The notes: generated by a model from the sequence alone, not told the origin. A DNA stretch of 64,000 nt from Promethearchaeota archaeon (GCA_048938105.1 JBHLMN010000011.1:32001-96000), one strand, 5' to 3'; counted from the stretch's first letter, positions 1 through 10,137 are shown. A program made the numbers and translations.

Positions 1-518
1 TATTCTCCATTCGAATCTGTGGTAATTGGACTAGCTGATGTCCAAACTATACGTTCTTCATAAGGAATATAATCTTCTAGCCAATAGAAGTACCAACCAT
101 AATACTCACCTTCAATGATATCTACATAAAGTATTTCACCTGGAACAGGTTTAAATCCGCGAGTTACTTGAATAACATAGTTGAGGGGAGTACCAGGGGA
201 AATAACTTGTTTTTCTAAATCAATATTTATAATTATACCCCTTTCTTGATCTTTTAGGGAGTAAGAAGGATCTGCAGAGATATTATTTGTATTCAATGGT
301 CCTGGTTGATAATTTGAAGGAGAAGATGTATGCAACTGATCTTCAATTGCTTGAATTTCGCGTTCTACATCAAAAGCATTTGTAGAAGAATTCTCTTGAG
401 TTAGTTCCAAATTATTATCCAGTACTGCCGCATCAACAGACTGAGAAAAACCGATAGTGAAAAATACATTAAAATTAAGGAGTAGTAACAATAAAATACT
501 TAAAATCTTTCTTTTCAT
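1..518 (-). CDS. Secreted protein, 5' part only (runs off window); possible macroglobulin (MG2)-like domain
   Basis: Not in the ORF track. Hand translation from ATG at 518 is open to the window edge: MKRKILSILLLLLLNFNVFF (signal peptide) ... LEKQVISPGTPLNYVIQV ... PVPG ... ITTDSNGE. Confidence 0.75.
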   Translation of the reverse strand, partial: MKRKILSILLLLLLNFNVFFTIGFSQSVDAAVLDNNLELTQENSSTNAFDVEREIQAIEDQLHTSSPSNYQPGPLNTNNISADPSYSLKDQERGIIINIDLEKQVISPGTPLNYVIQVTRGFKPVPGEILYVDIIEGEYYGWYFYWLEDYIPYEERIVWTSASPITTDSNGE

Positions 519-725
519 CTTCTTATCACACGCTTCGACCTTATTAGTGAATAATTCGTTAATAGAAATCTTTAATCTCGAGTAATAAGATACCACACAT
601 TAGAACAGAAACTGAAAATATGTTCTAAAAATTAGACATGTGATTAGTTCTTTACAAAATTAGTCATTAAATGCTTTAACACTCTAAGAAACATTAAAAA
701 GCCTTTTTGGGGAAGAATTGATCGT

Positions 726-3326
726 TTATTTTAAGAAAACGGTTAACGGAATAATAAGAGCTCCTTGTTGCGCCTCACTTTCTTTAATATGAATCCCAAA
801 ACGTTTACTGGCTCCAAGGATTTCCCTTACATAATGTAATCGGTCAATTTCTTTCTCTTCCTTCTGAAAAACATCGGGATGATAAGCTCTAAGATATTGG
901 GGTTCATTAGGAGGACCTTTTGCAATAATATAAGGGAAACCATCCCACTTCTTCCATTCTTGTTCAGGATCTAGACTCATCTGTTCGCAATAATGTAAAA
1001 AGGCACCAATTGCTGGAGTTTTTGATTTATATTTGGTTGGAGAGCGCCGCAATGGGCCTCGAATCGTTAATTCTTGAATCAACTGAGAAATTGGATTTCT
1101 TAAAATTTCTCGACTGATGTTAAAAATCACTCTGCGAGCATTTTCTCTTCGTTCATCCGTTAGATCTGTCAAAAGCGTTTCGAGGAGCTCTCGTTGTGCT
1201 TTTCTTGCTAAAGGTGACCAATCTGATCTTACAGCCTCAAAACCTCTAATAATGATACTGTTAGACAACAAAGATACATAGGCATAGGCTTTCTTTCTTC
1301 CTTTCTTCAATATAATTCGAGAAGCTATATCCTCAAGCTGTAATTCAAGGAATTCGTGCAATTTTTTAGATAAAAATGATCTATATTCATTTATCGCATC
1401 AAGAATCTCTCTTTCTTTTGAGCTTCTTACCTCGATTGGTATTTCTGGTTGAAAATCTGCTAACTGTATATTAGGCAATTCAAATTCAACAAAAATTGAA
1501 TCAGTATCTCCATATCGAAGATACACATTGTATTTATGTCTATCTGAGTAATCATTAGTCCAATTCTCTAACTTTTCACTTAATAATTCCCTAGCGATGG
1601 CTGTGATACTGTTTGCTATAATGTGGTGATAAAATCTTCCTCGGGGATAGTTTGATGCACCTAAAAGAGAATTGGCCATTAATTTTAACGATATTTGTCT
1701 CTTTTCAAGGAGATCTGTCTGTTTTTGAGAATTCTGTACCCCATTTTCATTTATTTTTGTTAATTCCTCTATTGTTTGATAACGTTGCTCAAGAATTCGA
1801 TCCATCAAAATTGCAAGGGCACCACGAGGTTCTTTTAAGAAGCGTTTCTCTGGAGGAAATCTTTCTGAATCCGCAATCAAAGTTTCTCCAGAAATATTAT
1901 GTGTCCTGACAATATTAGGGTATAATGATCTGAAATCGAAAATTCCCACCATCGTAGCTTCGTCAACAGAAGGATCTATTACCCACCCACCCAAATGGGG
2001 GTATTTTCGACCAAATTCTTTCCTTGCTTTTAATTCTGTAGGAGTGGGTTTTGATGGGATAAACATGTTCTTTGAATGAAGAATCCTCATTAACTCGAGC
2101 TCACCGATATTTCTACTCGTCGAAAGAATCCCTTCAGGTATTGGATATCCAGTTAGACGACATAATTCAATTGAATTTGAAACCCCTAACTCAGAAGCCA
2201 ATTTAAACGTAAGAATTGCATCTCTTAATGAATACTCTCGGAATAATTGTGCATCTTCTTTGGATCCAAGTGACCCATCTCTCCACAACTCATCAAGACT
2301 CTTTTCCAGCTTGATTTTAGACTCACCTAATACTTCTTCTGACACTGAGTCGAGTGTCTTTTGTCCACTAATAGGGTGAATTCCCCAGGTTTTTGGCAAC
2401 AAATCTACCACTGCTCGTCCCTTCAATCTGTAACTTTCTACAGGAATATTTGATTTAATGATGTCCTTTTGAAGTCCTGTGAAAAGCGCCAATTCTCCCA
2501 AGGATTTTCCATATTTTGATAAACGAGCCGTTAAATAGGGGATGTCGAAAAATGTTCCATTAAATGAGAGTAAAACATCAGGTTTAATCTTCTTAACAGT
2601 CTTCAGAAAAGTAGTTAACAATTCATTTTCAGCATTATCGCTATCCTTTTCTAGAATGATAACCTTCGAGTCAGGGTTCTCTGTTTCTACAGTACCCCAA
2701 GCCATTGAAATTGCTGTAATTCTTCTTTTTTTCTCAAGTAATAATTCATGTATAGTTTCACCCTGCTTATAATCAACTTCAATATCAAAAGCGAGAAGAA
2801 GAGGTTGATAATCACTAGAAACCTCCGTTTTTTGCGAGAGGTTTTCAAAAGGTGCTTCTACAATAAGAATGTCATTATCTCGCTTAATTATCGTTCCTAT
2901 CACTGTGACTGCATGTAAAGCCCGTATATTCCTATCAATCAAGAAACGACGGGTAAATGGAATGTCTGCTTCATGAACAACGATGTTTGCATGTTGAAGA
3001 AGTTGTTTGATTTCAGGAACACGATAAGGGATGTTTCCAACCAATTGGGTTACATCTCGTGCAGATCCACCAAAAAAAATTTGTTTTTTACATCTTGAAG
3101 TTTTAATTAACCATTCTTTCGTCTGGTTTCCCCCTTTGGTCAGAATTTTCCTTATATCTTCTTCTGAAGCTTCTGCATAAAAGTATGGAAGAAAACCACT
3201 GACTCGTATTTCTACTCGTTTATTGCTAGATCTACCCCAGAGACGAAGAAGCGGTTTCTTAATTCCTTCATCCACATAAATCTCGTAATCAGCATCTAAG
3301 AGGATAAAGTCGATCGATGTGTTCAC
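726..3326 (-). CDS. polB: Family B DNA polymerase (archaeal PolB-type)
   Basis: Exo motifs AFDIE, FNGTFFDIPYL, YSLRDA; polymerase motifs DFRSLYP, KLMANSLLG, YGDTDS. Confidence 0.95.
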   Translation of the reverse strand: MNTSIDFILLDADYEIYVDEGIKKPLLRLWGRSSNKRVEIRVSGFLPYFYAEASEEDIRKILTKGGNQTKEWLIKTSRCKKQIFFGGSARDVTQLVGNIPYRVPEIKQLLQHANIVVHEADIPFTRRFLIDRNIRALHAVTVIGTIIKRDNDILIVEAPFENLSQKTEVSSDYQPLLLAFDIEVDYKQGETIHELLLEKKRRITAISMAWGTVETENPDSKVIILEKDSDNAENELLTTFLKTVKKIKPDVLLSFNGTFFDIPYLTARLSKYGKSLGELALFTGLQKDIIKSNIPVESYRLKGRAVVDLLPKTWGIHPISGQKTLDSVSEEVLGESKIKLEKSLDELWRDGSLGSKEDAQLFREYSLRDAILTFKLASELGVSNSIELCRLTGYPIPEGILSTSRNIGELELMRILHSKNMFIPSKPTPTELKARKEFGRKYPHLGGWVIDPSVDEATMVGIFDFRSLYPNIVRTHNISGETLIADSERFPPEKRFLKEPRGALAILMDRILEQRYQTIEELTKINENGVQNSQKQTDLLEKRQISLKLMANSLLGASNYPRGRFYHHIIANSITAIARELLSEKLENWTNDYSDRHKYNVYLRYGDTDSIFVEFELPNIQLADFQPEIPIEVRSSKEREILDAINEYRSFLSKKLHEFLELQLEDIASRIILKKGRKKAYAYVSLLSNSIIIRGFEAVRSDWSPLARKAQRELLETLLTDLTDERRENARRVIFNISREILRNPISQLIQELTIRGPLRRSPTKYKSKTPAIGAFLHYCEQMSLDPEQEWKKWDGFPYIIAKGPPNEPQYLRAYHPDVFQKEEKEIDRLHYVREILGASKRFGIHIKESEAQQGALIIPLTVFLK

Positions 3327-3568
3327 TATAGATTACACCGAGATGTTCTAACTGTTAGTAACTTCGATTTGTAATCATTTAAGTTTAATACTAAAACTAT
3401 ATGTTATGTCAGATTTTCATGATATTGAAGAAAAGAATCGTTTGGAAGAATCAAAGACATCTCATATTTTGAATTAACCAATAGTAGAAAATATGAAATA
3501 ATGTGGGAAAATTAAATCGAAATCGGGGAGAATTACTTTGAAAACAGAGTAAAGTGCTTTAATAAATT

Positions 3569-4930
3569 ATGGTTATAGTAAATATTCCTGAGTTCATCAT
3601 TTTCAGGATAGACTACGGTATGGTAATGTTGACACGGAAATTTACAATAAACCCTACGAAAGACCAAGTAGAAATTCTGTGTGAATTAGCAAACGTGTGC
3701 CGATTGCTTTACAATCATGCCTTAGCAGAACGAAAGTTCTGCTATGACAACTATCGAGTGTCTCTTTCTTATAAAGATCAACAAAACGCATTATCCTCCC
3801 TCAAGCGTAAATATCCACTCTATCAACAAGTCTATTCAAAAGTCCTCCAAATGGCTTTGAAGAAACTGGATAATGCATTTAAAGCGTTTTTTGGGTTACA
3901 GAAGAACGGAGAAAAAACAGCACATCCCCCCACATTCCGTGGGAAAAATCATTTCTTTACATTATGCTATAACCAATCAGGTTTTAGAATCAACAAGAAA
4001 TCGATCCAATTTTCTCATAAACACCCTAGTAGGATCCCATTAAAATTTAAAGTCCCATTCGATTTTACCTCCAGGAAAGTTAAACAAATTGAGATTTTTC
4101 AGGATCGATATGAAAAGTGTTTCTACCTCGCGGTCACCTACGAGCAGGATGAACTCCCCTATTATGATAATGGATTGTATCAAGCGTTTGATTTAGGAAT
4201 AGTAAAACATATTGGGATTAATTTGCAGGGGAAGTTTCTCAAAACAAAATTGAAACGCCCAGACAAGTACTGGGAACCTAAGATCCACTCCTTACAGCGT
4301 AGGAAAGATCACTGTAAAAAAAATAGTCGCAGGTACCGCTTATTCAATCAACGACTGATAACCATTCAACGGAGATGTAAAAATCAGACGAAAGATTGGC
4401 AACATAAACAAGCCTTGAATCTGCTGAAAAATACTAAAGCTAATACCATCATTGTTGGTAATTTATCCCCAAAAAGGATGGTACGGAATTGTAACGTTAG
4501 ATTGAATAGTAGAAACTATCTGAAAAAAGTCAATAGAGGTGTCCATAATACTGGGCATCTTGGTCGCTTTGTTGAATTACTGACCTATAAAGCTCGAATT
4601 TTAGGTAAAAGAGTAACAGTAATTGACGAACGTGATACTACAAAGACCTGTTCTGGATGTGGACATAAAAAGGAATTTATGCCCCTCAATCAACGCAAAT
4701 ATTCTTGTGAGATTTGTGGAACCGTGCTAGATCGTGATAAAAATTCGGCTATCAATATCATGAAACGGTTTCTCTCCTATAATGCTCTGTGGACGAGCTA
4801 TCATATTTTTTTGAAAAATCTTGATAATCTGCGACATACAGCCAATGGTCAAACGAAAGTTCCCTATCTACAGTTAGATGGGTTCAGAGGACTCGCAGAA
4901 AGTCTTTGAATGAATTCAAGGATAGTTCAC
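3569..4930 (+). mobile_element. Non-autonomous IS200/IS605-type (tnpB-only) element; right end at TCAC 4927-4930, left end not located
   Basis: No tnpA nearby; subterminal hairpin ctttgaat/attcaagg followed by tagTTCAC, typical of IS605-group right ends. Confidence 0.7.
3620..4909 (+). CDS. tnpB: TnpB RNA-guided endonuclease (IS200/IS605 family)
   Basis: N-terminal HTH region (CRLLYNHAL), RuvC-I AFDLG, Zn finger CSGC...CEIC, RuvC-III DRDKNSAINI; start at ATG 3620 or 3626 preferred over 3569. Confidence 0.93.
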   Translation: MVMLTRKFTINPTKDQVEILCELANVCRLLYNHALAERKFCYDNYRVSLSYKDQQNALSSLKRKYPLYQQVYSKVLQMALKKLDNAFKAFFGLQKNGEKTAHPPTFRGKNHFFTLCYNQSGFRINKKSIQFSHKHPSRIPLKFKVPFDFTSRKVKQIEIFQDRYEKCFYLAVTYEQDELPYYDNGLYQAFDLGIVKHIGINLQGKFLKTKLKRPDKYWEPKIHSLQRRKDHCKKNSRRYRLFNQRLITIQRRCKNQTKDWQHKQALNLLKNTKANTIIVGNLSPKRMVRNCNVRLNSRNYLKKVNRGVHNTGHLGRFVELLTYKARILGKRVTVIDERDTTKTCSGCGHKKEFMPLNQRKYSCEICGTVLDRDKNSAINIMKRFLSYNALWTSYHIFLKNLDNLRHTANGQTKVPYLQLDGFRGLAESL

Positions 4931-4950
4931 GTTCTATATTTAATGGCAAG
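4790..4950 (+). ncRNA. Predicted TnpB reRNA/omegaRNA (scaffold plus guide)
   Basis: Overlaps tnpB 3' end; stem tctgcga (4828-4834)/tcgcaga (4893-4899), internal hairpin cctatcta-cagt-tagatggg, terminal hairpin, then TCAC and flanking guide; 5' boundary approximate. Confidence 0.6.
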
Positions 4951-6885
4951 AAAATTAATAACCTCTGCTGCATCTTCAGCAGAGTCAGCAGCTTGCTCGA
5001 TTATATTAATAACATCTTTAATGGCATACCAAGTCCCATAATGCATTCCACGAGAAACAATGAAAAGATGTTGATTCATCATTTGATACAATAAATCAAG
5101 ATCTGATTCACGATCACGAATTATACGATAAACCCCAGTAACAGCGTCTAACTTGATCTCGAGTACTTGAAGAATGTCTACTGTAGTTCTAACCAACCCA
5201 CGTAACGCAATTGCGGCATCATGTAGCTTCTCTTGAATCAAGGGGGGTACTTCTTCAATAGGAATAGTTTGAATTCGAAATAATGCTCCTAAGGTTAAGC
5301 CAGCAACACGATCTAAGCGTCTTGCAATTCGTAAGAAATTCCCAGCATCAGGTGTTTTAACCATACTTTTGTAAGTCTGTACTGCAATTTCCTCTAATTG
5401 TTGATCAGCTTGCACTTCCAATTCTTTTGCTTGTAATGAGTATCTTGTCAGTTTTTTCTGAAAATTTGATTTTTCCATTGCTTCTTGTTCGAGATATACT
5501 ATTAATCCCTTGGTTCCCTGTATTACAGATGCTTCTACTAGTTGAGCATGTTTTAAACATGTATGGAACTGAACCCAACCTGGGTGTGTCTCTCGGACTA
5601 CAATAGTACTAAATGCTCCAATCAATAACAACAAACCTGCTGTATGTAGAGGTACATGTAAAATTTGGTCTAATCGCTCTGGATTTGAATCAAACCAAAT
5701 TTGAGTAACGAATCCAGCTACTAAAGGACCAGTAAAGTAACCAAAATCCTTCACAGCACGATAAAAGCCAATAATTCTTGGTTTTTGGTCTTCAGGAGCG
5801 ATATCAACTGAAATCGATGGTAATATAGGATAATAAAGGCCCACACCAACTCCTCCTAATAATGAAAGGATGAATAAAACCGGGAATGGGGAAATTCCTG
5901 TTTGTAAACCGAATAAAGCAAGAGCTTCAACAATAAGACCAAGAAATGTGGGTGCTTTTCGACCAATTTTATCACTAATATTGCCTGCTAGAGGCATTAT
6001 CGCGGCCCAAGATAATGTAAAAACTCCTGTGATTAATCCCGTCTCTGCAATTGAAAGCCTATAACCATATAATGTACTACTGAGTAATAGAGGGAGAAAT
6101 AATACAATGATACTATCCACCATTTTACTAATGTGGCCGTTTAAACAGGTGATAATTACGGTCGGCCTAATTATGAGATTTCTAAATCGTAGAACAGTTC
6201 TGGGTCTTTCAATTGGGGTACGAAGCTTTTCTAACATTTCTTGAGTATCAGATTTGACACTTGACCTCACAGCAGTTATTGCAATTATTAAACCGAAGAA
6301 AGAAACAATAACTGAGAATATGAAGACTGCACCAAACTTATTTGTCATCATAGTTATCCAGCCGGCCGTTATTGCTCCAAAAGAATACCCTCCAAAAACT
6401 GCCATTTCCATGACACCCATCCATTGAGCACGTCTAGATACAGTACTTACATCAGAGAGGTAGGTCATTGCACTAGCATAAAGCAGCCCTTCACCAACAC
6501 CAAGAATTGAATTTCCAATGCCTAAAAATAAAGGATCTCCCTCTGATAATAGAAGAGGAATAGCTCCCAAGACAAAACACCCCACCCCAAGAAGAATCAT
6601 AATTTTGGTGCCGATTTTCTGAGTATATACGCTTGTAAAAAGCCCTGCTAAGGCTTTAAAAAACCCAAAACCCGCTAAAGTAAAGGCAATAGATATCCAT
6701 GCCCAATTTTCAAACCATTTTGAAAATTCAAGTTGCTCTTCAGCGAAGGTTGAGAGAATGGTACGTTGAACCCCGTAAGAAGAAGCAACAAAAAAAAGGA
6801 CGCAAAGAATTCCTACAATTAAATATATTCGATCTGGTTTTTTCTCATTGACAGTTTTTTCCATATTTTCTTCCTTATCTATCAT
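4927..6885 (-). CDS. MFS transporter fused to a C-terminal DUF47/PhoU-like helical domain
   Basis: About 12 TM segments with MFS motif GNISDKIGRK; C-terminal ~210 aa with ELEVQADQ, RESDLD and ADSAEDAA patterns typical of DUF47. Confidence 0.85.
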   Translation of the reverse strand: MIDKEENMEKTVNEKKPDRIYLIVGILCVLFFVASSYGVQRTILSTFAEEQLEFSKWFENWAWISIAFTLAGFGFFKALAGLFTSVYTQKIGTKIMILLGVGCFVLGAIPLLLSEGDPLFLGIGNSILGVGEGLLYASAMTYLSDVSTVSRRAQWMGVMEMAVFGGYSFGAITAGWITMMTNKFGAVFIFSVIVSFFGLIIAITAVRSSVKSDTQEMLEKLRTPIERPRTVLRFRNLIIRPTVIITCLNGHISKMVDSIIVLFLPLLLSSTLYGYRLSIAETGLITGVFTLSWAAIMPLAGNISDKIGRKAPTFLGLIVEALALFGLQTGISPFPVLFILSLLGGVGVGLYYPILPSISVDIAPEDQKPRIIGFYRAVKDFGYFTGPLVAGFVTQIWFDSNPERLDQILHVPLHTAGLLLLIGAFSTIVVRETHPGWVQFHTCLKHAQLVEASVIQGTKGLIVYLEQEAMEKSNFQKKLTRYSLQAKELEVQADQQLEEIAVQTYKSMVKTPDAGNFLRIARRLDRVAGLTLGALFRIQTIPIEEVPPLIQEKLHDAAIALRGLVRTTVDILQVLEIKLDAVTGVYRIIRDRESDLDLLYQMMNQHLFIVSRGMHYGTWYAIKDVINIIEQAADSAEDAAEVINFLAIKYRT

Positions 6886-7086
6886 GAAAGACTACCCAAG
6901 GAGTTGTTCAAATTGAATTTTTTTCTATTACCTTTTCTTATTAAATGTAATTATCTCATAATTTATAGTATTATAAGAGAACTCAGTTAATATCCAAACC
7001 TAGAGATGAAAATAAACTCAAGGAAAAAAAAAGAAATTGAGGAAAATTAATCACAATACTGTTGAATTTGAGCTGATGAACTCAAA

Positions 7087-8070
7087 TCAATCTACGTTAT
7101 ATTTCCCACGGGATACTATATCAAGGAATCGAACAATGAGAAACATTTCAATAATACCCACACCGATTCCAACTACCAATAACACTATTATAATGAAGAT
7201 AACTGCACTAGTAACGTCAGTGAAGAAATCTGGTTGGGATGCTAACACAAATAATCCACTGAAAAATGTATATATACCCAGAGCATAAGATAAAAGCAAG
7301 TTTTTTCGATGAAATGCTATTGTCCTATTTGTAAGTCGTTCAGATCCAATAATTAATGAACTCAGTACCCGATTAAACATTAGATATATCCCATTTAAGA
7401 TTTCAAAAATCCTCGTGGGGGCCGTATAAACGAAATTAAACGATTTTGAGACAACTTTTATAAAAGCTGAAACTATTCCTGTTTCTGATAATACTATCAA
7501 GACCACAGCAATAATGACTCCCACAACACCAATTCCTATAAAGAGAGTTAAAGGATTATCTACCAAACCACCCCATATAAGCTCGATTAGGAATCGGAGA
7601 ATATCAATAATCCCACTTCTACGTTCGGTTCCATCAGGTCTATAACCAATTCCAATTACTGTTAATATTACTTCAATAATTAAAGCTGAAATGTCATAAA
7701 TCGCTTGTAAAAAGCCTTCAAGCCCAGTAATTTTTTGGAGAATCTCATCTATAACATCTGTTCCGAAAAGCCATACTAGAATTGATAACAGAATCCCTGA
7801 AAAAAGTCCGACGAAAATAAAGAAGGTTGGAATGCTTTCCATAAACCAACGTTCGTCTTCATTTAGAGCTTTTTCTGCTGCTTCCTTGGTTCTAACAAAA
7901 CGGATAGAACGCCCGAAAACACGAAAAATCCAGACATATGGCCAAAAAATAACTTTAAGTACATTCTTAATGAAACGCCAAATACTAGCAAAAATGGCCT
8001 TTAAATCTTCTGAACCAAAGCCATCACTCAAATCAAAAGTGTATCTACCTTTTTTAACTTTTTCTGTCAA
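7087..8070 (-). CDS. Multi-pass membrane protein, function unknown
   Basis: 327 aa ORF with several hydrophobic helices; gaggttg upstream of a TTG start. Confidence 0.8.
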   Translation of the reverse strand: MTEKVKKGRYTFDLSDGFGSEDLKAIFASIWRFIKNVLKVIFWPYVWIFRVFGRSIRFVRTKEAAEKALNEDERWFMESIPTFFIFVGLFSGILLSILVWLFGTDVIDEILQKITGLEGFLQAIYDISALIIEVILTVIGIGYRPDGTERRSGIIDILRFLIELIWGGLVDNPLTLFIGIGVVGVIIAVVLIVLSETGIVSAFIKVVSKSFNFVYTAPTRIFEILNGIYLMFNRVLSSLIIGSERLTNRTIAFHRKNLLLSYALGIYTFFSGLFVLASQPDFFTDVTSAVIFIIIVLLVVGIGVGIIEMFLIVRFLDIVSRGKYNVD

Positions 8071-8404
8071 TGAGACAACCTCATTATTGAATTAAAGGGT
8101 TTTTCTTATCAATTTAGGTTAATTTTTAAGACTATTACCAAAGGAGTTAGATACTAATTGTCTCTCTTAATTAATTTTTATATGTTTTGATATTCTTATT
8201 ACTTACTAGTGCGACAAACTGATTGGTAGGCTTTGATCAGAAAAATAATTCCATCTTAAGTTTTTTTATCAGAATAAGACGTTAGTCTTTTATGAAAAAT
8301 AGGAGATTTTTAAAACGGAACTTAAATTCTTCTAGATTCATGTAATATTTATTTGGGATTGTAAAAAATGCTACCAAGTATTTTTTACATTGTTTGGTGA
8401 TTTA

Positions 8405-9658
8405 ATGAAGATTGTTATTAGAAACGGAACACTTATTGATGGTACAGGTGTACCCCCTCAACAAAACAATCTTATTTTGATCGAAGATACAAAGATTGTA
8501 GCTATAATTCTAGAGTCAGATGATTCCGGTATTGAAACACAAATCCCTCACGATGCACAAGAAATTGATGCAACTGGAAAAACAATAATGCCAGGCCTCA
8601 TTGATGCTCATTTACATCTTATGGGTATTCGATCTATGCAACCTGTTCAATGGACACTAGATATGCCCGCTTTGAGAGCTGCCAGGGCTACTGCAGATAG
8701 CAAAAAACTCATTGAAGCTGGATTCACAAGTGTGAGATGTGCTGGTTCGGATGTAAGCGTCTATCTCAATAAAGCCATTGAAGAAGGCACTATCCCAGGT
8801 CCACGTATTGTAGCTGCCCATAAAATTATCACGCAAACTGCTGGGCACGGAGATACGCACGAATTACCACTGGAGTGGGCTATAGGCCCTTATTCCATGG
8901 CAAGAATAGCTGATGGGGTAGATGAATGTCGTCGTGCAGCTCGAGAACAAATCAGAGAGGGGGCTGGAGTCATTAAGATCTGTTCAACAGGTGGGGTCAT
9001 GTCTGAAAAAGATGCCCCTACTCAGGCACAATTTATTGACGAAGAGATTGCTGCAATAACAACGGAAGCTCACCGAGTGGGAATTAAAGTAATGGCACAT
9101 GCTCAAAGTCCGGAGGGAATACAAAACGCGGTTAAGAATGGGGTTGATACTATTGAACATGCTATATACCTAGACAATGAAACTATCAAATTATTACTAG
9201 AATATAATACTATTGTAGTACCAACCTTTGCAATAGTCAATGCTATTGTAACAAAAGGAGTTGAAGCCGGGGTGCCAGAATATGGCTTAGTCAAGGCAAA
9301 AGCGTCCCATGAAGAACACATAAGATCTATTAAGCAAGCTTATCAAGCTGGAGTGAGAATTGCACTCGGAACAGACTTTTGCGGCCCTGACATCATACCA
9401 CATGGTGAAAATGCTGTTGAATTAGAGATCTTTGTCAACCAAGTAGGCATGACTCCAATGGAGGCAATTGTGGCTGGAACAAAAGTTAGTGCAGAAGCTC
9501 TAGGACTAGAAAATGAAATTGGTACACTTGAAAAGGGGAAAAATGCAGATCTGTTAATTGTTGATGGAAACCCACTTGATGACATTAGAATCCTTCAAAA
9601 CAAAAAGAAATTACTGGTAATTTTGAAGGATGGCCAAATTAAAATAGATAGACACTAG
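8405..9658 (+). CDS. Metal-dependent amidohydrolase (imidazolonepropionase/prolidase-like family)
   Basis: MPGLIDAHLH, IKICSTGGV, AHA, IEHA, GTDF, GTLEKGKNADL. Confidence 0.92.
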   Translation: MKIVIRNGTLIDGTGVPPQQNNLILIEDTKIVAIILESDDSGIETQIPHDAQEIDATGKTIMPGLIDAHLHLMGIRSMQPVQWTLDMPALRAARATADSKKLIEAGFTSVRCAGSDVSVYLNKAIEEGTIPGPRIVAAHKIITQTAGHGDTHELPLEWAIGPYSMARIADGVDECRRAAREQIREGAGVIKICSTGGVMSEKDAPTQAQFIDEEIAAITTEAHRVGIKVMAHAQSPEGIQNAVKNGVDTIEHAIYLDNETIKLLLEYNTIVVPTFAIVNAIVTKGVEAGVPEYGLVKAKASHEEHIRSIKQAYQAGVRIALGTDFCGPDIIPHGENAVELEIFVNQVGMTPMEAIVAGTKVSAEALGLENEIGTLEKGKNADLLIVDGNPLDDIRILQNKKKLLVILKDGQIKIDRH

Positions 9659-9747
9659 GATACTTTTCTTAAGGATGCTATATTATACTAAGATCTAGTT
9701 GGAGGTAGTGATACCCTCAATTATTCTGCTAAAAAGGAAAATTAACA

Positions 9748-10137
9748 ATGTCAAACCTAAAGTTAAAGAAAATAGATTGTATAATGTTTTGTGTAGCTGA
9801 TTTATTAAAAGCTGCAAAATTCTATGAGGAAGTTTTAGGATTAGAAAAAGGCTGGTTTGATCAAAAAGAAGAAATGATGGGCTTTCTTCTCCCAAATACT
9901 GAGTCTGAAATTGTCCTACACAAAGATTCTACATTGCCAAACCCAGATATCAGTTTTCAAGTTGACAATGTTGATCTATTTTGTGATTATTATCTGAACA
10001 GAGGATATAAAGTTGAATTGGAACCAATAGAAGTCAGATGCGGAAAATACGCGGTTCTCCTTGACCCTGATGGTAATAAGATACCGATTATTGATTTGAC
10101 GAAATTTGAGGGAAAACCGAGATACAATGAAGTATGA
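9748..10137 (+). CDS. VOC/glyoxalase family protein
   Basis: VADLLKAAKFYEEVLG, FQVDNVD, DPDGN. Confidence 0.88.
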   Translation: MSNLKLKKIDCIMFCVADLLKAAKFYEEVLGLEKGWFDQKEEMMGFLLPNTESEIVLHKDSTLPNPDISFQVDNVDLFCDYYLNRGYKVELEPIEVRCGKYAVLLDPDGNKIPIIDLTKFEGKPRYNEV

